From assembly GCA_965637545.1 (NCBI GenBank), contig OZ281495.1:24056001-24120000 (forward strand): a DNA stretch of 64,000 bases, in the 5' to 3' direction. A program made the position numbers and the translations under genes. Below the pieces are notes generated by a model, which was not told where the DNA came from, did not search any database, and saw nothing but the letters and a program-made list of their open reading frames with translations. Shown one piece after another: positions 51,901 through 61,720 of this stretch. This DNA is from Phallusia mammillata. Taxonomy: Eukaryota. Within the stretch, counting starts at the first letter, position 1, and each line of letters starts with the position of its first letter.

Positions 51901-54900
51901 CTAGTTAACCAAGTTGGAGCTGGAAGGGCGTGTCCGGATTTGCGCACAGAACAAGAAGGTGCGGTGTATACACTTTAAATATACTGTTTGGAAATGAAAA
52001 GCTAAAATGATATTGTGTTGCTTTTTGTGATTATATTGCTAATCGTAATATAGCCATCGCGGTGAAATTTAACACCAGGATGCTGTGCACAATTTACGGC
52101 ACAGAGTTGGCCAACTACTCGAATTTTAAGTGGTCTGCAATGTATTATACTTTGCATACCTGTATTAACAGATTGCGTCGACTGTGCTGTGAGCTGGGGC
52201 GAGTGGTCAGAGTGTTCTCTCGATGTACGAACCAGAACCCAAGTAGTTACCACGGCAAACGTGGGAGCAGGCAAGGAATGTCCAGAACTACAAACAGAAT
52301 CGGAGATTTGTATCGATTGTCGGGTCGAATGGGGAGCATGGGAAGCATGCTCGAATGGACAGAGATCAAGAAGTGAGAAAGTGGTGATTGAAAAAGCGGG
52401 AGCTGGCGCCGATTGTCCGGATCTGAACGTCGAGTCCGAAGGTAATCTATGTTTTGTTCCGATAGATGTTGCACGTAGTTTGTTGATTAGTAGCTGTTGT
52501 GGGAAACATTTACAAAATGTGTGGTATACAAACGGTAGCGGCAAACTGGAAGTTTACAATTTTTCGTTTTAATTTGGCGACTTCTGTGCTAGTTCGCGAC
52601 GTTGCTTATCAATCCAATATGTCATAGGTCCAGGTTAAAACACGAAAACACGATGTTGCCATTTCAGATTGCTTAGACTGTGTTGTCGCATGGGATAACT
52701 GGGGCGAATGCGCGAACAATGTACGCAGTCGGTCACAAGTTATCGTCGCTGAAGCTATCGGGGCAGGAAGGGTTTGTCCAGCACTTGGCTCCGAATCAGA
52801 ACCTTGCATCGACTGCCAAGTGGATTGGGACGAGTGGAGTCAATGCGCTGAAGGAAGCAGGACCCGAAGTCAGAGAGTTTTGGTCGAACAGGTCGGGGCT
52901 GGAGCCGCTTGTCCAACGCTTCAAGACGAAGTGGAAGGTAAATATCGGTAAAGAGTACTGGAAGAGAAAAGCGGATGTTTTTTAAATGCGTCAGTTACAA
53001 TGACATAACCTTGTTATCGCTAGGGGACGATTAGGTTCGTTCAAAACAAGTCTCGTGTTCAGCAGATAATGAGACAATAGCAAGATCGGTTTCCTTTTCG
53101 AAATCTGTTGCACGGTTTGCTGCCCAGCGTCAATAACCACATGCCTACTTCCTCTTTGCAGATTGCTCTGATTGCGTGGTCGAATGGACAGAGTGGAGCA
53201 AGTGCGTGGATTACCTGTCGGAACGCACGCAGGTTGTTGTTCAGGAACCAGTTGGTGCAGGAGCTGCCTGTCCTGAACTTCAAACAGAGAGTGAAGGTAA
53301 TAATATAATTTCAGGCGGCTTAACCGAAATTCAAACGCTATAGTTAGGTAAAGAAGTCTAATGGGTAAAGCTACTATATTTATGGGTCCCCTTCCCTGAA
53401 GGGGACACATATTGTTTTTGTCCGTATTTTTTTTTTTCTTTTTTCTTTTTTCTTTTTTTCTTTTTTTCTTTTTTTCCGTCTAACGCGGATTTGTTCCCAC
53501 GTTTTGGTCAAGAAAGAAGGGTTCAAACTTTTTCAAATTTACACACATTACAGATATTGGTCTAAAGATGGTCCATGTGAATTTTGACCCCGTTTGATCC
53601 CTCGGTTCACCCACAGGCCCCCGAAACGTAAAATTTTTAACGCTGGTTTGTAATGCTCGTTTGGTAAAGAAGGAGTGCTTCAAATTGATTCAAATTTGGA
53701 CATATGTTAGTTATTAATCCAAACTTGATCCTCCAGAAGTTTAACCCCGAATCACCCAGCGATTCACCCACAGGCCCCCGAAACATAAAATTTTTAACGC
53801 TGGTTTGTAACGCTCGTTTGGTAAAGAAGGAGTGCTTCAAATTTATTCAAATTTGGACATATGTTAGTTATCAATCTGAACTTGATCCCCTAGAAGTTTG
53901 ACCCCGAATTACCCAGCGGTTCACCCACAGGCCCCCGAAACGTAAATGTGTCTAACGCTCGTTTGGTCAAGAAAGACACTGTAGGCAGAAGTACCAAGAG
54001 AGTAACTCACTGGTTTACGATAGCGGGAGGGCTCAGCTTGACGTCGGACAGACGTTTTACGAGACGTCGTTTCAGTGATTAGAAATCAGCTGTTTTGCAC
54101 AGCAATGCTATGTCGTTTTATTAAGTTATCACCCACATTTTTGGTTTTGGCGAAGGTTTTACACCTATGGCGTGATTTAAACCTAATAACCGTGCTTTGG
54201 TTTTGTATATGTCAAGCAAAACTTTGTTAATCAAAGTAAAGATGAAAAAATGAACTTGACTTTTTTGCCAAATAAATGTTTTTTTAAATGTTCGTTGTCA
54301 GGTTGGCCGCCGCATGATTACGGGTTACTTAAGGTCAACTAGTAGGTATTACAAACACTGTTCAGAACTTTCTTTCGTCATAAGGTAGCGTTTTTTTTTG
54401 ACAATCAATTTAGGAGTCAATGCTCAAGGCATGTAAAAATTAGGCTTAACGGTATTGTTGAACACTCAGCACGGCGTGCTATTGAAAACGGTGTCAAAAG
54501 GTCAAACAGTCCTTTGGCGTGTGCACCCTGAGAGGTTACTACAGGTCAATGGTATTCGTTTTGGGAAACAAAGTTAAATGAAAAACAATTTGTTATGTAT
54601 ACACTTGCAGCAAATTGCTTTTTAATTTAAAGTGCCTGTAACACAACTGTTACAGCTTTCTAAAAAAATTGTGTTCAAAACCCGACCTTGGACGACAATA
54701 TCTGGGTCAAAGCAAGAGATTAAATTAAAGTATTTGTTACGTTTTTTTTAATGTTTTTGTAATTATATGACAATAATAGTGCAAAAAGAATATGAACAAT
54801 TTGTTTTATTGTTGGGTTAATGCTTTCTAAAAATTTGTCCTTAAGAATATAAAAATCACCGCAACATTTTTATACTGTCAATCCGCACAAACACGCGTGT

Positions 54901-57900
54901 GGGGACCCATTTGTTTTTGTGTACAAAAACAATCATACGTGTAGATTAAATGATGTGTATAGTAAATTGGTAAATATCATGTAGAATATATAAAATGGAA
55001 GTATATCAGAAAGCCACTCTTCTAATTTACATTTTGAAGTAGTCAACCTATATCAAAGCCAACGTAAAGTTATTAAACTAGAACAACTGTCAATAAGGAT
55101 AGGGCGTTTAGCAATATATTTTCCAATTAACGACGAGGCAAATTTTATTTCTGCAGATTGCTTTGATTGCGAAGTAGCTTGGGAGAATTGGAGCGGGTGC
55201 AACGAAAACGGCGTCAGAACGAGACAAACAATAATATTGGCGGAAGAAATTGGAGGTGGCGCACCTTGTCCGCCTTTGGAGACCGAGGAAGAAGGTAAGT
55301 GACTTGAATGGACACCTTGTAGGGAAGATAAAACTTAAAAAATACTCCTTTGCATACAGCTTGCCAAAACTGTACTGTCGAGTGGGGACCGTGGGAGGAA
55401 TGCATCAACGGTGAAAGAGCAAGAGCCCAAGTGGTCGCTAATCCTTCTATCGGCCAGGGGGCACCTTGTCCATTACTCAACCGCGAAACCGAAGGTATTG
55501 GTATAAAACTATATCGCGTCTCATCAAAATCAAATGTACGTTACGAACTAACTTTTTTAGCGTGTGGTGACTGCGTGTTGGAATGGGGCGAGTGGGGAGT
55601 TTGTAGCAACGGACAGCGGGAACGTACGCAAACTGTTTCACAAAACAAGATAGGAGCAGGAGAGGATTGTCCCGAGCCAAGCATAGATACCGAAGGTGTG
55701 TTATATGTCAAACTACACATTTGAATGTCGGAGCCAGGATTTTTAAATGTATTGCACGCAATCCTAACAAATTGAAAATCTTATATTCCAAGTTTTATTG
55801 AAACACTTCAAAGACATTATCAATAGAAAACGTATCAGTAACAGAACCTTGTTCAATTTTATGGAATATTTCGTGTCGTATAAAGTATGTGACCTAACTT
55901 AACAGTACAACTTTTTTGTAGTCTGTATCGATTGCGAAGTAGGCTGGGCAGATTGGAGCGAATGTCTTGATGGAGTTCGCGTTCGCTTGCAATACGTCAC
56001 GCAAGAAGCGGTTGGAGCTGGATTACAATGTCCAGAATTGGATACAGAGTCAGAAGGTACTACGTTTAATTTAATGTTCACGCCAAAACCTTGTTTCTTG
56101 AGTTTGTTTGAAAACAAACGTTTATAGTAAATTTAACACGGCCATTTTCGACAAAGAAGTTTCAACTTTTAAGCCAGAGATTTTACTATGTGGCTGAAAG
56201 TACAAATTTTTGGAAGTGTGCAATTGCAGAAGTCGATTATGATAAAATATCGGGGTTTAATAAAATCTGAAATAACAGGATGTGTCAACTGCGTTGTTGA
56301 ATGGGGAGAATGGGGAGAATGCGACGGCAGCAATCGTCAGAGAACAATGTTTGTGAAGGTGCAACCAGTTGGATCAGGGACTGCATGCCCGGAACTACGA
56401 ACTGAAACCGAAAGTAAGATTCCAAAATGTTTTAAACAAATTTCGTTTGTGTAGGCTATAGTTGTAAAGCGATTTGTCAACCAAAACTAAACAATAAACT
56501 GTTTTAGTTTGCCGCAATTGCGTACTGGAATGGGGAGATTACGGTTCGTGTATAAACAACAAGATGTCAAGAAGTCAATTCGTATCCGTGCCAGCAATTG
56601 GAGCGGGTGCCCCTTGTCCATCAATCCAAGCCGAATCAAACCGTTAGTACAGTCTCCTTGCCACCAGGGCAAATTATTTAATTTGTTTAACAAATACTTT
56701 TGCACAGCTTGTGCCAACTGCGTCGTTGAGTGGGGTGAATGGTCCGAATGTACCACTGGAAGGGCAAGCAGAACACAATTGATTGCTGTTGAAGCGCTAG
56801 GAACGGGAAGAGCGTGTCCAACGCGTCTTCGCACAGAGAACAAATGTGAATTTTTCTGTGCTAAGGAATAGTACCACTGACCAGAGCTCATATTTGTGTG
56901 TAAAGGCTATATTAAACCACCTGTATAGCTTGATCAACAAAATCACTGTCAAAAAGCTTTAATTTGTTGAATGCCTTTACAGTTTGTATCGCCAAAATAC
57001 AATCAACGGAAGCTGCTCCAATCACCGACGCTTCGAGTACTGTGGCTCCAAGCACTGAGCCAACGCCAAGCACTGTCATTGCGGGAGATACCCGAGAGGA
57101 TGTTCTCTGCAGATTCGTCCGCACCTTTTTGGGATACGGTTCGAACCCAAAACTACGCGACATTCTGCTTCTTGCGGACGAATCTGGTAGTATCGGATGG
57201 CATAACTACGAGAAGATTAAAGCCAGCTTTAAGGTTTGAAAACTTTGGGTTAAGATTAATGAAACTTGTTTAACACTACTCGTTACTCACAAACTTTCCA
57301 TCGATTTTATTTTCCATTTGCTTCGTCACTATATTGTTAAAAGGGATCTACTTTGTCTCAGAGTTGTCAATCCGGCTCGGCTTTTAGGGTCGGGTTTCGA
57401 TTAGGGCTTGAGTTCATTAAAGTGGACCAGTTTGCATCTGATTTTGCACTCGGCATCTGTATTGCCACAAAAAAAAGGTTTAGGTCGTTTCGGGCCATTA
57501 ACTTCGGGTTCGGCAAGCTTACAACTTTGCAATGGCCGCACTGAAAATATCTACATCGCAGATGGTTGCCAGAAGCATACAAGGTGGAATCGGGGAGCAG
57601 GAATCACAGATTGGTATGATGTCGTTCTCTCGATGGGCAGACATTGACTTCAACTTCGACTCTGGTCGCACCACGGACGATGTGGTCAATGCCATCGATC
57701 GAACAGTATTCCGTGGTGGCTACCGCTCCAACATCGGATTCGCCTTACAGAATGCAAACAAATGGATGTTCCAACAATCAGCAGGTTAGTTGTTAAGCGC
57801 TACAACCAAGCAATAGCAAACTGAAGCTTTCGTTACTGAACTAGCAAGCAATAAACGATTTCTGCACAAGCACAGTTTTACAGACAAGGAAATTAGTTTT

Positions 57901-58363
57901 GAAGCCCGCGATATCATGAGTAGGTTCGGTTAGCAATGTCAGGGGCGGGTTAACCAGCGGTTTTTGTCTAGGTATGCGCGGCTTCCCTGGCAGAGACGAC
58001 AATATTGACCATGAAATTCTCATCGCTACTGATGGTTGCCGGACCTCAACTGGATACTACTTGGATCGGGCGTTAAAGAAAATAAAGAAACGAGGAATAA
58101 AGGTGAAATATGCATGAAGTTTCAGAAACCTGGTTAATGTGTCCAATGTGTTAAAATCCTTCACAAATTTAAACTGGAAAAGCGGCCATTAACATAGTCT
58201 TTCCTGGTAGCTTTCGGTGATGGCTGTTTATGCTCGCGACCCACGTTGCCAGGAGACAGTGCGCAGTATGGTGGACGACCCAAGCGAACTGTACGAAATC
58301 GGCAACTGGAGCGAGCTGGAAAACTTCAACAAGCGCATAGAGAATGGCGAGTGTAGGCCATAA
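45994..58363 (+). CDS. Secreted mosaic ECM protein, 1468 aa, 30 exons: signal peptide - SGSG site - 2xSEA - Pro-rich RGD hinge - 2xCCP/sushi - 17 short TSP1 repeats - Thr/Pro linker - VWA
   Basis: Hand-spliced CDS of 4407 nt, all junctions GT-AG and phase-consistent. MMWTVLLSLVALAQ signal; SEA-like FRPQLLNPASPLF and FNRQLKDNTSRTF; CCP exons 49484-49678 and 50077-50259; TSR exons 50720-56845; VWA DILLLADESGSIG...ATDG at 56983-58363. Confidence 0.9.
47314..47548. mobile_element. Non-autonomous hAT MITE, 235 bp, in an intron of the ECM gene
   Basis: TIRs CAGTGGTCGGCAACC / GGTTACCGACCCCTG, perfect 8-bp TSD GTGTAAAC (47306-47313, 47549-47556), and repeated subterminal CGGTCCG motifs. Confidence 0.92.
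53386..53980. mobile_element. Helentron-type non-autonomous element (HINE/DINE-1-like) carrying a tandem array; right boundary approximate
   Basis: Terminal 9-bp hairpin GTCCCCTTC-cct-GAAGGGGAC, then ATATTGTTTTTGTCCGT, a (T5-7C)n microsatellite and CCGTC, then 157-bp tandem units. A second similar terminus lies at about 54881-54920. Confidence 0.6.
53504..53976. repeat. Tandem repeat, 3 copies of a 157-bp unit (third copy shortened by 12 bp)
   Basis: TTCACCCACAGGCCCCCGAAAC starts at 53606, 53763 and 53920. Confidence 0.95.
57359..57529. mobile_element. Decayed MITE in a VWA-domain intron
   Basis: Imperfect TIRs CAGAGTTGTCA / TTACAACTTTG; GC-rich TCGGG motifs shared with 27011-27192. Confidence 0.45.
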
Positions 58364-59239
58364 AACGACAATCCAATTTTCAAGCCTTCCCCCACAAAAG
58401 CTTCCAAGTCGTCGTCAAATGCATGCTTTCGGCTGATTGATGGCTCATTGTCGTGCGGGACACTTTGCTTATTATTTCAATTAGTTCCAGTTTAATGTGT
58501 ACATAGCAGCTTCGTCGCAGTAAAATGCGAATTTTTCCACTCGCTTTGCAAAACTACAATCTTTCTTGGCACCCTCGGCAACCACAGCGTATTTAGGCAA
58601 ATATGGTAACGCCGCAACGGTGAACAGTTCTTGTAGCTGTGTTTAATTGAGTGGTACGTCATGCTTTCCATGTATATATAAGTGCTCTTTTGGCGGCATA
58701 ATGTTCAACTTGTTTCTATTAAATATCGACGGACAAACAGGCATTTACAAACTTTTTTAACTCGCCAATAAAAGCTTTCATTGAAATCGCAAGCATCGTC
58801 GTCGTTCATAAGGTTCATTCATATATAAGGCATAGGAAACAAAAAATGCTGATCATGCCTTAAGGTATATGTCCAGTGGTGAACATTAACCATATTCGCC
58901 GAAACATTCATTCGCACAAGAAGCGACCCAACATCTGGTGTTGTGTGAATGTCAGCTTAATGACCATGTGGTAAGTCAAACCAGAAACAAATAGGTCAGA
59001 ATGGGAACACCGATCGATAATGACCGAAAGACCAACATCACCAATCGTATATCCTTGAGAAAAGTAGGTCATGAATCGAACAAATATGTATTGTATTGGT
59101 TTTTCACAGTCAAAGCAATTAGGACAGAAACAACACGCACCAAAGAATGTGACGCACAAAAAATAACAACACGATGCATATTGACTTTTTTGTTTGTTCA
59201 AATAAGTATTCGGCCTTGGATATTTTAGCTGACATGACA

Positions 59240-60618
59240 TCAATCATTCTTTTTCGACTTTTTCGCTTTCAATTTGGATATTTCCAATGCCTTATTATGC
59301 AACTGTTGCATACCAAAATCACGTTTCATATTTTCCTGAAAAAAAGAATTTTTAACTGGGTCTGAAAACAACAGAAATCTTTATGAATTTACACAAACCT
59401 CAGAAAAAACATATTTGATAAACTTTTTCTTTGGTCCAATCATCGGGCGCCAGTCAGCCATTTTACCATCCTCAAAGACAATGACAGTAGGGAGTTGGGA
59501 TGACAACGTAGATGTGCTAACACCATACCTAGAAAAATTGCAACTTGGTTGGTGTTTGTTCTGTTGTAAAGAATGTGTATTGATATGTTTATGTCCTACT
59601 CTTTGGCAGCATCAGGATATTTCCCAACGTCAACTTTTCCAAAGCGCAAGTATTCAATAGCAAATTCATTAGAGAGTGCAGAAAATGCAGGAGAAACTGC
59701 TCGGCAAGGTGGAGACCATGTGGCATGAAAAAGAACAACCCATGTCACTTTGGGATCTTCTACCAACACATCCTGCAAAGTAATTCCATAATCCTAATTT
59801 TTAACCCCAAGAGCAAGATAGTACTGGCAAAATGTTTGGAGTAGAAGCACACACCAAAAATGACAGATTGTTTAAATGCTGTAAACAATTTTTCAAATCT
59901 TACCTTGAGAGTTTTATCACTAAAATATGTGATTTCCTCAGGACCATCCTCAAAGTTTTCCGGAAACATCCACAATCGCACTATATAGAACACAAGCAAA
60001 TGAATTTCACAACTAATAAGGCATATAGATTGTTCCCCAAATAAAATTATATTAAATATCAATACATTTATCTCAACATATTGTTATAATGTGGATATAA
60101 CACAACACTCACCTAAACATAGTGCAGTGTAAATTATACAAAGTCTAACATCGAGACGATAGAAAAGAACTGCATTGGCAAGCTTTGAATACATAAGTAC
60201 TGTGGTGATCATCTGTTCCAATGATACTGCAGTTCGATTTTTCAAAACCATTAAGCACATAAAGAACATAAACATCTCAACTTCTCTCTGAAATAGTAAA
60301 CAAAACGGCTCATGTCAAGTTGGACTAAATTAACAAAGTTTTAGGGTTTTGCATTTAATCATGTATAAATGAAGAATGTTTTTACATTTGTAATCGCTAA
60401 AGTTTATTGCATCAGCTACTGCAGAAAATACAACATACCCAGTCAAAGGTGCACAATTCATCTTGCTCTGAAGGAAGGTATGAACACATCGGCCAAACTT
60501 TTCGCACAAATACAAACATGATGCTTAGTAGAAGACTTGATATTAGTCCCGGTGTAAGTGATTTCTTCCATGATTTGGAGTTTTTCAGAAAAAGCAGCAA
60601 GGGCGTTATAATTGCCAT
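59240..60618 (-). CDS. TMX2: Thioredoxin-related transmembrane protein 2, 276 aa. Exons 60439-60618, 60113-60287, 59904-59980, 59600-59772, 59399-59528, 59240-59335.
   Basis: FVRKVWPMC..LP...CTFDWREVE, LKNRTAVSLEQ, SKLANAVLFYRLDVR, GPEEITYFSDKT, TWVVLFHATWSPPC, FGKVDVGKY, QLPTVIVF and a C-terminal KKND ER-retrieval signal. 831 nt. Confidence 0.95.
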
Positions 60619-61720
60619 TGGAGAGTCCTATTTATCACAACCCTTATTCCTTGAACCTATTGCAACGTCTTTCACTACAATCTACAAATAACACCCTTAA
60701 TATACAAATAACAAGATGTTTATGCCATTGCCAGCAAGAAGCACGTAAAACTGCCATTAAAAACAATCTGTTACTATAATACGCAATCGCCTTTATACAT
60801 AATCATCAACTTAATACTAATGAACACAGGCTAAATCGCAACAATCGCATGCAAAAAATGCCAAAAATAAACTGCAGTTGAATTGATAACGAAAAATAAC
60901 TTGGCTGTTTAAACGACCCCACCATGTCTGAACTAATACATGATTAACCGAGTCATGAAAAACTAAAGATAATCTTATTAGCACGCGAATAAACCTTTCA
61001 CAGCGGCTGCTGTCCCAATTAGCACAGTCGCATTTTATTCACAGCGAAATTTGCCCAATGGCCGGCATGAAAATTATTCATGCGAATCAATGAAAAGTGC
61101 TGATTTCTATTTTATACGTTTCAATAAACCTAAAAAAGTATAATATTTGGCTATTCTTTGATTGAGCCAATTTAAAGCATTTCAGTTGGGTAATTTTTAC
61201 ATTAGGATTTACAAAATATAATTTATAAGAATGTCCAAAAGCACCTCGGTTTCGAAACATTTAGCTTCTTCAGCTTTTAGGTAGAAAAGTAGGTATAAGC
61301 CTAGGTTTGTTAACGTTTACAAAACTTAATTTTCTGCAGACCATGCGACTTCTGAAACACGGGGTGTATGGAATTAAGTGGAGTTGTCGTCCAAATTGGA
61401 ACTACCCATTGTGTTGTGATTGTTAACATGCAATTATACAAAAATAAACTAGGTTTGATGAATTGCCAGGCTATTCATTACTCAGCAAAACCTTGTTGCA
61501 AGTCATGCTCGAACAGTAACGTTGGAATCTACCTGCGAATCTTCAGTTTCTTTGATACTGACCCGACTTGCTCCATTGGGCCGAGACACAAGAACCTTAC
61601 GCAGCACAAATTTTTGCCCGTGAGTTTCGGGAAAAAAGGATAGTCTTTGTGACACAGCAGAAAGTCTGTTACGTTTCCTTTCGCAAACTGGTTGACGAAC
61701 ATACACATTTTTTATACATC

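Noticed and set aside
54250-54550. Several AGGTCA nuclear-receptor half-sites
   Set aside because: No defined DR/IR spacing, and they lie in repeat-derived intron sequence.
50720-56845. Regularly spaced repeats as a CRISPR-like array
   Set aside because: The repeats are degenerate protein-coding TSR exons with splice sites, in a eukaryotic context with no cas genes.
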